Source: Alphaproteobacteria bacterium (lineage in GTDB: Bacteria; Pseudomonadota; Alphaproteobacteria; UBA6615). Taken from it: a stretch of DNA of 64,000 nucleotides. The position numbers and the translations under genes are program-made. The notes beneath the pieces were generated by a model that saw only the letters and a program-made list of their open reading frames with translations, searched no databases and was not told the DNA's origin. Positions within the stretch are counted from its first letter, which is position 1; every line of letters starts with the position of its first letter. Below are positions 10,008 through 18,927 of this stretch, in pieces. The stretch is taken from positions 1,734,297 to 1,798,296 of the forward strand of contig CBDFKJ010000009.1 in NCBI GenBank assembly GCA_965248805.1, in the 5' to 3' direction.

Positions 10008-10859
10008 ATGGCAGCGCGAGCCAGTTGGAAGGGGCATCTCAAGCTCTCCCTCGTGTCGTGTCCGGTGAAACTCTACACCGCGACCAGCAGCAGTGGGCGC
10101 ATTGCATTCAAATTGCTCCACAAGGAGACCCATAACCGGATCAAGATGCAACCGCATGACCCGGAGTTGGGGCCGGTGGAGCGCGGCGACTTGGTCAAGG
10201 GTTGCGAGTATGAGAAGGACCGATATGTCGTCCTGACGGACGAGGACCTGGCCAAGATCCAGGTCGAGTCCAACAAGGCCATCGTCATCGAGCAATTTGT
10301 CGACGAAAGCGAAGTCGACGGGCTCTACCTCGACACGCCGTACTATCTGGCGCCGGATGGGCCGGTTGCGGAGGAGACCTTCCGCGTCATCCGCGATGCC
10401 ATGAGGCAGAAGAAAAAAGTCGCACTGTCGAGACTTGTGCTGTCCAGCCGCGAGCGGCTCATTGCGATTTCCGTGCGGGACAAGGGATTGCTGATCACGA
10501 CGCTCAGGACAGCGGAGGAAGTGCGTGACCATGGGCCGTACTTCGAGGACATCACCGATGACCAGTCCGAGACGGAAATGCTCGACCTCGCCGCGCAATT
10601 GATCGATCAGAAATCGGCGACCTTCGATGCGAGCACTTTCAAGGACAACTATCAGCAAGCGCTGATGGAGCTTATCAAGGGCAAGCTCAAGGGCGAGGAT
10701 CCGGTTTTCGCCAAGGCCCCCGAGCGTGGCAAGGTGATCAACCTCATGGACGCACTGAAGCGGAGTCTCGAGGATAGCAAGAAGCCGGCGGCGGCCAGCA
10801 AGACTCGCGGCACCGCGAAGCGGACCGCGAGCAAGAAGAAGGCGAGCCGGAGCGCCTAG
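10008..10859 (+). CDS. ku: Ku protein (NHEJ DNA-end-binding)
   Basis: N-terminus SWKGHLKLSLVSCPVKLYTA, middle YYLAPDG, lysine-rich tail. Directly downstream of ligD. Confidence 0.9.
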   Translation: MAARASWKGHLKLSLVSCPVKLYTATSSSGRIAFKLLHKETHNRIKMQPHDPELGPVERGDLVKGCEYEKDRYVVLTDEDLAKIQVESNKAIVIEQFVDESEVDGLYLDTPYYLAPDGPVAEETFRVIRDAMRQKKKVALSRLVLSSRERLIAISVRDKGLLITTLRTAEEVRDHGPYFEDITDDQSETEMLDLAAQLIDQKSATFDASTFKDNYQQALMELIKGKLKGEDPVFAKAPERGKVINLMDALKRSLEDSKKPAAASKTRGTAKRTASKKKASRSA

Positions 10860-10870
10860 ACCCGTCGCGA

Positions 10871-11998
10871 ATGGAGCCCTGCATGACCAACTCGCAAGGG
10901 CGCGAGTTCGTATTTCACGGCCGATTCTGGCAATTGTCTCGGCAGGCCGCCGGTGACGCGGTCGTTCATCTTGGCGGCCGAGTATGCCGGGGACTCACGC
11001 GCCGCACGTCCTTTCTGGTGATCGGTTGGGGGGCGGTCGAGCAGATCAGGACCGGCCAGCTTGAGGCCAAACTCGTTCGGGCCGATCGTCTGCGCGCAAG
11101 ATCCGTGAGCGAGCGCGAATTCCTGCTGATCACAGGGCTCGCCGAGCGTCGGCCGATCGCGAACGGTATGAGCACGGCCGAATTGCAGGCCACTTCGGGA
11201 CTGACCACGGGAGTTGTTCGATTGCTGAGCCTGTTCGATGTGATCGAGCCTCAAGACGGCCGGCACGATTTGCGCGACCTGATCGTGTGTCGCGAGGTGG
11301 CGCGGCTCGTGGCCGAAGGCACCGATTTGGCCGATGTCATTGCGGCTCGCGTCCAGCTGCGGAAGCGCGACCCTCAGGGCTTGAGCCGGGCGCGCCTCAA
11401 CCTTGCCCGGCGCCCCGACGGGAGCATTGCGTTGCGTGCGGGCGACATACTCGCCGACCTCGACGGCCAATTCAGGTTGCCCTTGCCGGATGCCCTGAAC
11501 TCAACCCTGGATGACATATTCGAGACCGCGGAGGCGGCAGAGGCCGCTGGCGAGTTGGAGTTGGCCGAGGTCAGTTATCGACGATGCGTCGATCTGGACG
11601 GGCGGGATCCGATATCACTCTTCAATCTCGCCAACGTCCTTCGCGAACGCGGCAAGGTTTCCGAGGCTGAGCTCTATTTGCGTCGGGCGGTTTCCTTCGA
11701 TCCACAATTTGCCGAGGCTTGGTACAATCTTTCTTCCCTGATGGAAGAGAAAGGCCAAAGGGCTCTGGCCAAGGAGTATCTTGGAGCGGCGCTGTCGGCG
11801 GAGCTGGGCTATGGTGATGCGCTGTACAACTTGGCACATTTGCATTTCGTGGATGGGCGCTACGCCGAGGCACGCCAATTGTGGAAGCGTTACTGGGAGA
11901 TCGATCCGGATAGTGAGTGGGGACAGAACGCCCATCGCGGCGTAATGGCCTGTGCTCAGCTCGAGAAGGAGACGACCCGGCCTGTACGCCGCGCGTAG
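10871..11998 (+). CDS. BRCT-domain plus TPR-repeat protein, third gene of the ligD-ku unit, stop codon at an IS junction
   Basis: N-terminal BRCT-like FVFHGRF...LGGRV...TSFLVIGWGA (conserved W); C-terminal TPR-like repeats (AEAWYNLSSL..., YGDALYNLAHLHFVDGRYAEARQLW). The TAG at 11996-98 is the first triplet of the IS1182-like terminus. Confidence 0.65.
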   Translation: MEPCMTNSQGREFVFHGRFWQLSRQAAGDAVVHLGGRVCRGLTRRTSFLVIGWGAVEQIRTGQLEAKLVRADRLRARSVSEREFLLITGLAERRPIANGMSTAELQATSGLTTGVVRLLSLFDVIEPQDGRHDLRDLIVCREVARLVAEGTDLADVIAARVQLRKRDPQGLSRARLNLARRPDGSIALRAGDILADLDGQFRLPLPDALNSTLDDIFETAEAAEAAGELELAEVSYRRCVDLDGRDPISLFNLANVLRERGKVSEAELYLRRAVSFDPQFAEAWYNLSSLMEEKGQRALAKEYLGAALSAELGYGDALYNLAHLHFVDGRYAEARQLWKRYWEIDPDSEWGQNAHRGVMACAQLEKETTRPVRRA

Positions 11999-12025
11999 CA
12001 GCCCGGTGATGAAGTCGCGCTTTGA

Positions 12026-12673
12026 TCAATCGGTTTTGGGGGCGACGATGATGATGATAACGAGCATGGCTGGTTTGCCTTCGATGTTCGCCACGATGGC
12101 GATCGCCAGGGCAGCATCGAACTGAATAACGAACAAAAGGGTGCTCTTTGCACTCGCAGCCTCCCTCGGCGTGCCTGATCCGAACAGCGCGCGCATCAGA
12201 ATGCCGAGATTGAACCCGGCGACATGGATCAGGTAGCGTTTGTGGACGTTCTCGCGCGCCCGCAGCAACGCGCGGCGCATGCCGCCACGGTCGAGGACAT
12301 GGGCGAAGCTGCGCTCGACCATCTCACCGCGCCTGCGCATGGCGTTCCGCGCGACGCCGGACTTCAATCGCGCCCGGTTGGCGTAGACAGCCTGACGTGC
12401 CGCCTGGTCGCCATGCCAGCGCAGATAGCCGTTGGCGGGCTCCGGCTCGGAGATCCGCGTTTTCCAGACGCCGCCGTCGAGGTCTTTCAGCCCCTCGCGT
12501 GAATGATAGCCCTTGTCGCCAACGAGACTGCAGGGCTCTGCCCGTGTTGGAGCCAGGCCGACCTCGGCGAGGTTGCGCGCGGCCGCCTCCAGCGTCCCAG
12601 GCAGAGTCGTCGTGTCGCCTTCATCGGCTGGATAGATCGGTGCCGCAACGATGACGCCGGTGGACGCCTCCAT
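12026..12673 (-). pseudogene. IS1182-like transposase, C-terminal fragment (disrupted by the IS5 insertion)
   Basis: Matches residues AYKPEHAVDLDTGVIVAAP...APETD of the 452-aa transposase at 42922..44280. Confidence 0.8.
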
Positions 12674-13951
12674 TTACCTCGTGAATTTTGCCTCGTTGTG
12701 ATTCTCTACGGCGGTTCGGTTTGAGGAGGTATTGATGAGGCAGGCTGGTCTGTTCGGCTTACCGGATCATCTTCGAAAGCTTTCGGCGACGGGTGATCCG
12801 TTGGAGGTGCTGGCAAAGGTCGTCGACTTCAAGATTTTCCGCGCGCCGCTTGAGGCGGCGCTGGGCTATTCGGACGGATCGAAAGGTGGCCGCCCGGCCT
12901 ACGATGCGGTGGCGATGCTCAAGGTTCTGATCCTGGCCGCGCGGCACACGGTGAGTGACGAGCGGATGGAGTTTCTGATCCGCGATCGCTTGAGCTGGCT
13001 TCGCTTCCTAGGCTTCGATCTCGGAGCGCCGACGCCGGACCGCAACACCATATGGACCTTTCGCGAGCGTCTGGTCCGGGCCGGGGCGATGGATAAGCTG
13101 TTTGCCGCCTTCGATGGCGAATTGCGCCGGTGCGGCTATCTGGCGATGGGCGGGCAGATCGTCGATGCGACGTTGGTATCGGCGCCCAAGCAGCGCCACA
13201 GCGATGACGAGAAGCGGGCGATCAAGGCGGGCAAGAGCGCGTCCGAGGTCTGGCCCGATCAGCCAGCCAAGGCGGCGCAGAAGGACACGGATGCGCGGTG
13301 GACGGTGAAGACCGGGCGGCGCAAGAACCCCGCCGGGTCGCAACGGCGCATGCCCGACATCGCGATCCCGGTGTTCGGCTACAAGAATCATGTCGTCATC
13401 GATCGGGCCTACGGCTTCATCCGCGGCTCGGCTGTGACCGATGCCGCCCGCCATGACGGCAAGATGTTGCGTCAGCTCGTCACCGGCGACAATCTGGCCG
13501 CCGGCGTGTGGGCTGACAGCGCCTATCGCTCGAAGGCCAACGAGGCGTGGCTGGCCGGCAAGGGTCGGGTCTCCCACATCCACCGCAAGAAGCCGCCGGG
13601 CCGGGCCATGCCCAAGGCGACCGCCCAGGCCAATGCCCGCAAGTCAGCGGTCCGTGCGCATGTGGAGCACGTCTTCGCCCAGCAGAAGGATCGCATGGGC
13701 CTTTTCATCCGTACCATCGGGCTCAAGCGGGCGGAGGCCAAGATCGGCCTCGCCAACCTGGCTTACAATTTCCAGCGTCTGATCTTCCATGAGCGCAGGG
13801 CCGCCATGGTATGAGTCCGCCTGAATAGCGCCAAAACCCTCCGCCGAGAACGAAACGGCGGATGGTTGCGGACGTCAACACCGCCGATCTCAGCGAAAGT
13901 CGGACAGCACACCAAAATCTTCGTCAAATCCCCCGGTTGTTGGAGGTCTCC
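12661..13951 (+). mobile_element. IS5-family IS copy 2, nested in IS1182-like copy C, with a 34-bp deletion at the insertion point
   Basis: Same ends as copy 1. Relative to intact copy A the host IS lacks gtcgagatcgaccgcgtgctcgggcttgtaggcc at the junction. No TSD. Confidence 0.85.
12735..13814 (+). CDS. IS5-family DDE transposase
   Basis: 359 aa, near-identical to 2914..3993 (3 substitutions). Confidence 0.9.
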   Translation: MRQAGLFGLPDHLRKLSATGDPLEVLAKVVDFKIFRAPLEAALGYSDGSKGGRPAYDAVAMLKVLILAARHTVSDERMEFLIRDRLSWLRFLGFDLGAPTPDRNTIWTFRERLVRAGAMDKLFAAFDGELRRCGYLAMGGQIVDATLVSAPKQRHSDDEKRAIKAGKSASEVWPDQPAKAAQKDTDARWTVKTGRRKNPAGSQRRMPDIAIPVFGYKNHVVIDRAYGFIRGSAVTDAARHDGKMLRQLVTGDNLAAGVWADSAYRSKANEAWLAGKGRVSHIHRKKPPGRAMPKATAQANARKSAVRAHVEHVFAQQKDRMGLFIRTIGLKRAEAKIGLANLAYNFQRLIFHERRAAMV

Positions 13952-14563
13952 AGATGCGTGGTGCCGTCCTTCATCCGCGCGATCTTCGCATCAGGATCGG
14001 TCGGGCTCGTCCAATCCTTGTTCGAAAGCTTCTTGCCCTTCCGCCGGCGATCGAGCCGGACGAGGTCGTCGATCGTCGGCGTTTCGACGCCACTCTCCTT
14101 CGCCATTTGCGTCAGCATCTCGCGATAGGTCTCGCCGCTATCGCGCCGCACGATGGCTCGCAGGGCGGCGTTGGCTTCCATCGTCGAGCCGTCGACGCCG
14201 ATCCGCTCGCCCTTCACCAGACCGCGCGCGGCGACGAGAGCCAGAACCCAGTCGAAAACCTTTTCATGGACCTCGTGCGGCAGCCGGCCGCGCGTCTTCG
14301 ACAACCAGGAATGATCGGGAACCTTGTCCCGGTTCGCCAACCGCAGAAACGCGCGAAGCGACAGCGAATCCGAACAGCGCCAAGCGATGCCGCGCTCGCT
14401 GCCGATGCCCTCGAAATAGCCGATCATGTGCATCCGGAAATAACGCCCCGGCGGCAGCGAAGGAGCCCCCATCCGAGGTGCGTAGTATGGCTTGCACGTC
14501 GCCTCCACGAAGCCGTCAAAGCCAGACTCGGTCAGCAACTCATGCAGCCGGTCGGAAAACGCG
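13924..14563 (-). pseudogene. IS1182-like transposase, N/middle fragment, between the nested IS5 and IS3 insertions
   Basis: FSDRLHELLTESGFDGFVEATCKPYY...MKDGTTHL matches the intact 452-aa transposase. Truncated at both ends by the nested ISs. Confidence 0.75.
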
Positions 14564-14619
14564 TGTTGAACCGCTCCGGGTTTGGCGGAGGCTCCAACTC
14601 TTGAGAAAGTGGAGCCATT

Positions 14620-14946
14620 ATGAGCAAGACAAGGAACAGGTTTTCTTCTGAGGTTCGCGCCCGTGCGGTGCGGATGGTTGTGGATCACGAGGGCGAACAC
14701 GCCTCGCGTTGGGCGGCTGTTTCCTCGATAGCTGGGAAGATCGGCTGCACGGCGCAGACACTCAATGAGTGGGTGAAGAGGTTCGAGCGCGATAGCGGCG
14801 TGCGCGCCGGCGTCCCCAGCGAGGTCGCCGAGCGGCTGAAAGCCCTGGAGCGGGAGAACCGCGACCTCCGGCAGGTCAACGAGATCCTGCGCAAGGCGAG
14901 CGCCTATTTTGCCCAGGCGGAGCTCGACCGCCGGTTCAAGCCATGA
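14620..14946 (+). CDS. IS3-family transposase OrfA (HTH)
   Basis: 108 aa, helix-turn-helix region then leucine-zipper-like [23 protein letters not shown]. Confidence 0.85.
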   Translation: MSKTRNRFSSEVRARAVRMVVDHEGEHASRWAAVSSIAGKIGCTAQTLNEWVKRFERDSGVRAGVPSEVAERLKALERENRDLRQVNEILRKASAYFAQAELDRRFKP

Positions 14947-15848
14947 TCGCGTTCATCGGCGATCACCGCGAGGCGCACGGGGTCGAGCCGATCTGCAAGG
15001 TGCTGCCGATCGCCCCGTCGACCTACTACGACCATGTGGCCAGGCGGCGCGATCCGGCCAGGCTGTCGGCACGGGCGAAACGGGATATGGCTCTCAAGGT
15101 CGAGGTCCGACGCGTCTTCAAAGAGAACTTCCGTGTCTACGGCGTTCGCAAGGTGTGGCGACAATTGCAGCGGGAAGGCTTCGATGTCGCTCGCTGCACT
15201 GTTGAGCGGCTGATGCGGGAGATGGGCTTGCAAGGGGTGATCCGCGGCAAGCCGATCCGCACGACAGTCAGCGACCAGGCCGCGCCTTGCCCGCTCGACA
15301 AGGTCAATCGCCAGTTCCACGCTCCGGCACCGAACAGGCTGTGGGTCTCGGACTTTACCTACGTGGCCACTTGGGCTGGCTTCGTCTATGTCGCCTTTGT
15401 CATCGACGCCTATGCCCGCCGCATCGTCGGCTGGCGGGTGAGCCGGACAGCCCATGCCGGCTTTGTTCTCGATGCCCTGGAACAAGCGCTTCATGCGCGG
15501 CGACCCGTCCATCGCGGTGGGCTGATCCATCACAGCGATAGAGGGAGCCAATATGTCTCGATCAAATATACCGAGCACCTGGCGGAAGCGGGCATCGAAC
15601 CCTCGGTGGGCAGCGTCGGCGACTCTTATGACAATGCTCTGGCCGAGACCATCAATGGTCTTTACAAAGCCGAGGTCATTCACCGGCGCGGGCCGTGGCG
15701 CTCATTCGAGGCCGTCGAGCTCGCTACTCTGGAATGGGTGGATTGGTTCAACAACCGGCGGCTCCTGGAGCCCATCGGAAACATCCCGCCGGCCGAAGCC
15801 GAGGAACGCCACTACGCCACGCTGAAGCAGTCAGACATGGCGGCGTGA
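14943..15848 (+). CDS. IS3-family transposase OrfB (rve/DDE integrase core)
   Basis: 301 aa. D...D...E catalytic region (WVSDFTYV...HHSDRGSQY...ETINGLYK). Overlaps orfA by 4 nt (frameshift arrangement). Confidence 0.85.
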   Translation: MIAFIGDHREAHGVEPICKVLPIAPSTYYDHVARRRDPARLSARAKRDMALKVEVRRVFKENFRVYGVRKVWRQLQREGFDVARCTVERLMREMGLQGVIRGKPIRTTVSDQAAPCPLDKVNRQFHAPAPNRLWVSDFTYVATWAGFVYVAFVIDAYARRIVGWRVSRTAHAGFVLDALEQALHARRPVHRGGLIHHSDRGSQYVSIKYTEHLAEAGIEPSVGSVGDSYDNALAETINGLYKAEVIHRRGPWRSFEAVELATLEWVDWFNNRRLLEPIGNIPPAEAEERHYATLKQSDMAA

Positions 15849-16034
15849 CTCAAACAAAATGGCCTCCGCCAAACCCGGAGCGGTTCATGTCCAGGCGAAC
15901 GCGGCATCTCCGCCCATGTCACCACGAGGTCACCCTGAACCTCGCTCTGTCGTCTCAATGCCATCGCACGACGCCCGTCTAAATCTCTATGTTCAGACAG
16001 AATCAGACACGCCGGACTTCGTCAACGGGCTGCT

Positions 16035-17682
16035 AGCCGGGATTCCCCATATGGAACCTTCCCAGCCCGTTGAGCGTGACTCGAAACCGCTCGACGTGCA
16101 ATCCGCCTTCGAATGACGGCCATCTTCGCGCTGATCCGGATGATTGAGGACGAATTGGCGGCGTTGGTGGCGCGGAATGGCTTTTTGCCGGCGATCCGGG
16201 CGCACCGATCCTGTCGGCGGCGACGCGAAGGAACGGGGTGCCGTCGCTCATGCCGGAGCTGGCTTGGGTCTGAGCCGGTCGATACGGCACAGGATGTCTG
16301 TGCACAGCTCACGCGGGACCGCGACCTCGGCCATCTGGAACACGACGTAGCGGCCGTGGCGGACGATCTTCGCACCTATCTTGATGAGCTTCTCCCGCAG
16401 CGTCGTCAGCGACCATTGCTCGACCGCCTCGGGTAATGCCAGAGTTCGCATGAAGTTGCCGAGGTTGTAGGCCAGCGCGTGAAGCTGGAGGCGAACGGCA
16501 TTGTGGTCGAACCTGCGGCACGACAGGCGTGTCCATCGGATCGCGTTCTTGCCCTCCTTGATCCATTGCTCAGCCGTGCCGCGCTGATTGTAGAACGCGA
16601 CCACCCGCTCGGCGGGTCGGCCCAGGTTGGTGACAATGAACCCGACCCGCGGGTACAACTCACCCGGATGCCACTCGACCTTGGCGACGACGCGGCGGGG
16701 CTTGTCCCAGGTTCCGGCCTGATAACTAAAGCTGGCATGATACCGGCGCACGTCCTTGGGCGGCCGGCCGGCGGGGCGCTTGAGTAGATGCGCGATGCTG
16801 TCCTGGAGCACCTTGTTGGCCGGAAGCCGGATCGCATACCTGAAGCCCTCAGCTTCGAGAAACTCGTATATCCCCGGCAATGCAAACGCCGCATCGCCCC
16901 GGAAATAACGACGCAGCTTCCTATCCCGGTACCGGGCGACAACCGGCTCCAGCACGTCGCGCCATTCGTGGGCGCTGTGCACGCTGCCCGGGCGCAGCGC
17001 GCAGCGCTCCAGGTCGCCGAATTGGTTGAAGACGAATAAGGGATGATAGCAGGTGCAGCCGAAATGGCCGTTATAGGCCGTGCCTTCCTGCTCGCCGTGG
17101 GTCGGGCTGACGGAGCTATCCATGTCGAGCACGATGGCGGTCGGCGGATTGCGGTCGTGAATCCGGCCGATCCAGACGCCCGACAGATCCGCCAGGGCAG
17201 CGAGGTTCTCCTCGGTCGCCAGCAGTTTGGTCTCGAACCTCCCCATCTGACTGATCGAGGCACCGCCGCGCTCGACGGCCTTGCCGCCGACGATCCAGCG
17301 CATCGCAGGATCGCGCCCGAGCCGGTCGGCGTCATTCACGTCCTCGTACCCGGCGAGGCGACCATAGACGGACTGGCGAAGCAGACCGACGACGCCGTGC
17401 CAGCCGTTCCTTCCGGTCCGGCTGTCGCCGAGAACTTCCCCCGCCATTGCAGTCAGTCCGAGGGCATCGTCGAGATCGCGGTAGGCGAGCAGACCGGCGT
17501 CGGAGGTGACCCGCGAACCATGGAACTCCAGCTTCAAGCGGCGGTCGAAAACAGGCCGCAGAGGCCGCCGAACCGTTTCACCCTCCGGGTTCCGCATCCG
17601 AGCCTCCCTCCACGTGATATAAGCCTCTGAATCAGATACAAACCGCATCAAATGCTTCGCTCACTTGGGAAATGCGGATTAA
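16035..17682 (-). mobile_element. IS1380-family IS (about 1.65 kb); boundaries inferred from neighbouring IS ends
   Basis: Fills exactly the gap between the IS1182-like copy C terminus (16034) and a type-D fragment (17683). The length is typical of the family. Own inverted repeats not confirmed. Confidence 0.6.
16248..17651 (-). CDS. IS1380-family DDE transposase
   Basis: 467 aa. N-terminus FDRRLKLEFHGSRVTSDAGLL, ...YNGHFGCTCYHPL... and a C-terminal HTH-like region are characteristic of IS1380/IS942 transposases. Confidence 0.85.
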   Translation of the reverse strand: MMRFVSDSEAYITWREARMRNPEGETVRRPLRPVFDRRLKLEFHGSRVTSDAGLLAYRDLDDALGLTAMAGEVLGDSRTGRNGWHGVVGLLRQSVYGRLAGYEDVNDADRLGRDPAMRWIVGGKAVERGGASISQMGRFETKLLATEENLAALADLSGVWIGRIHDRNPPTAIVLDMDSSVSPTHGEQEGTAYNGHFGCTCYHPLFVFNQFGDLERCALRPGSVHSAHEWRDVLEPVVARYRDRKLRRYFRGDAAFALPGIYEFLEAEGFRYAIRLPANKVLQDSIAHLLKRPAGRPPKDVRRYHASFSYQAGTWDKPRRVVAKVEWHPGELYPRVGFIVTNLGRPAERVVAFYNQRGTAEQWIKEGKNAIRWTRLSCRRFDHNAVRLQLHALAYNLGNFMRTLALPEAVEQWSLTTLREKLIKIGAKIVRHGRYVVFQMAEVAVPRELCTDILCRIDRLRPKPAPA

Positions 17683-17887
17683 CAGCCCGTTGAAAAAGTC
17701 GCGGCCATCTGACTCTGTGACGAGGGCATGGTTCGAGTCGGGAGCTTCGTCATGGCGTTGGGACGACAAGGGGATCGACAGGTGGACTTGATGGTCAGTT
17801 GGGCAGAGATGCCTCGCTCGCCCGGCCACGTGTTTTACGACCAGCTGGCTGGTCGATGCCGGTTTCGATGCGTTCGCCGAGGACCTA
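17683..17887 (+). mobile_element. 205-bp 5'-end fragment of a second IS1182-like isoform (type D), cut off by IS1595
   Basis: Colinear with the reverse complement of 39990-40193 (cagcccgttgaaaaagtcgcgg...ggtcagttgggcagagatgcctcgc...gccgaggacc). Confidence 0.75.
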
Positions 17888-18857
17888 GCTCGGCGTAGGT
17901 TGGAGCCTCGGCCTCTCCTGCGATTCCGAGCAATGAGCGGAAGGCGTTGAACGGGTAAAACCGCCTGTTGAAGCGGAACGTGAACTCATTGAGGTAGGCT
18001 TGTAGATGCTTTGCGCTCACGCCATGGTGGATGCCACTGAGCCAATTCTTCAGGTTGCTGAAGACGAGGTGGATGATCGGCATGAACTCTTCGGCCACCT
18101 CGGGGTCGCCGCATTCGGCAATGGCGTGGTGATCATAGCCGCGTGTCCGCAAGCTGCCATAGCCACTCCAATCGTCGGTGACGATCAGCGACCCCGGCAT
18201 AACGGCGTTCTCGACGAAGCCACATAGCGAATCGGCGCTGCGGTCGGCAGCGACGGACAGCCGCACGCGCCCGGCGTAGCGGCCATCCTTCCGCTTGTCC
18301 TGCGCGGTGCCGGGCTCCCTGTGGCTGACTTCGACGGCAGCAGCCACCAGCGTCTTGTGGTGAACGCCTCGGCCTTCACCACGCATCCGGCCTCCAACAT
18401 AGGTTTCGTCCACCTCGACATGCTCTCCTGCCCTGGCACCGATCCGATCCTGATCGGGCCGCACCATACCCGCGCGGAGCTTATGCAGGATGCCGAAGGC
18501 GGTTTCGTACCGCGTCAGCCCAAGCTGCCGCTGAAACTGCACCGCCGACATGCCCGGCGTCTGGCTGGCGACCAGATAGGCGGCCCAAAACCACGTGCTC
18601 AAAGGCGTGTGGCTGCGCTCCATGACCGTGCCGACGGTCAATCCCGTCTGGCGGCGGCAAGCGCGACAGGTCAGGACGCCAGGCCGCGTGGCGATGCGGA
18701 AAGGTTCACCCACGACGCCGCAGCGCGGGCAGGCGAACCCGTCACCCCAGCGAGCCCTTTCCAGGTAGGCGGCGCACGCCGCATCGTCGGAGAAAAGTCG
18801 CTGAAACTCGGGGAGGGATTGCGGGAAGGGCAGGTCGGTGCGGTCGAGAACGTCCAT
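17835..18857 (-). CDS. IS1595-family transposase (N-terminal zinc ribbon + DDE); ORF has no internal stop and reads into the flank
   Basis: CPRCG...C..C zinc ribbon; C-terminal HLQAYLNEFTFRFNRR. The two copies share residues up to ...AEAPTYAEL, then diverge. Confidence 0.85.
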   Translation of the reverse strand: MDVLDRTDLPFPQSLPEFQRLFSDDAACAAYLERARWGDGFACPRCGVVGEPFRIATRPGVLTCRACRRQTGLTVGTVMERSHTPLSTWFWAAYLVASQTPGMSAVQFQRQLGLTRYETAFGILHKLRAGMVRPDQDRIGARAGEHVEVDETYVGGRMRGEGRGVHHKTLVAAAVEVSHREPGTAQDKRKDGRYAGRVRLSVAADRSADSLCGFVENAVMPGSLIVTDDWSGYGSLRTRGYDHHAIAECGDPEVAEEFMPIIHLVFSNLKNWLSGIHHGVSAKHLQAYLNEFTFRFNRRFYPFNAFRSLLGIAGEAEAPTYAELGPRRTHRNRHRPASWS

Positions 18858-18927
18858 GACCCACTATCCGTTGTACGCACACAACCTATCCCTAGTGGGT
18901 GTATGCGTCAAGCGGATAGGCACGGTT
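17888..18927 (-). mobile_element. IS1595-family IS, type 1, copy 1 (1040 bp)
   Basis: Identical except for single-base differences to 51872-52912. The divergence points with the second copy define both ends. Flanks come from unrelated loci (no TSD). Confidence 0.8.

Larger units (their letters stand above)
14567..15887 (+). mobile_element. IS3-family IS (1321 bp) with 3-bp TSD TGT, nested in IS1182-like copy C
   Basis: Inverted repeats tgaaccgctccgggtttggcggaggc / gcctccgccaaacccggagcggttca (TG...CA). TGT at 14564-66 and 15888-90. The host IS sequence is continuous across the insertion. Confidence 0.85.
11996..16034 (-). mobile_element. IS1182-like element copy C (1.46-kb type), interrupted by two nested IS insertions
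   Basis: Termini tagcagcccggtgatgaagtcg... and ...gacttcgtcaacgggctgcta match the intact copies at 42894-44352 and 50387-51848. An IS5-family element (12661-13951) and an IS3 element (14567-15887) lie inside it. Confidence 0.8.

Noticed and set aside
16406-17335. 309-aa ORF overlapping the IS1380 transposase in another frame
   Set aside because: Low-complexity Ala/Arg/Ser/Pro translation. The IS1380 transposase frame has clear family motifs.
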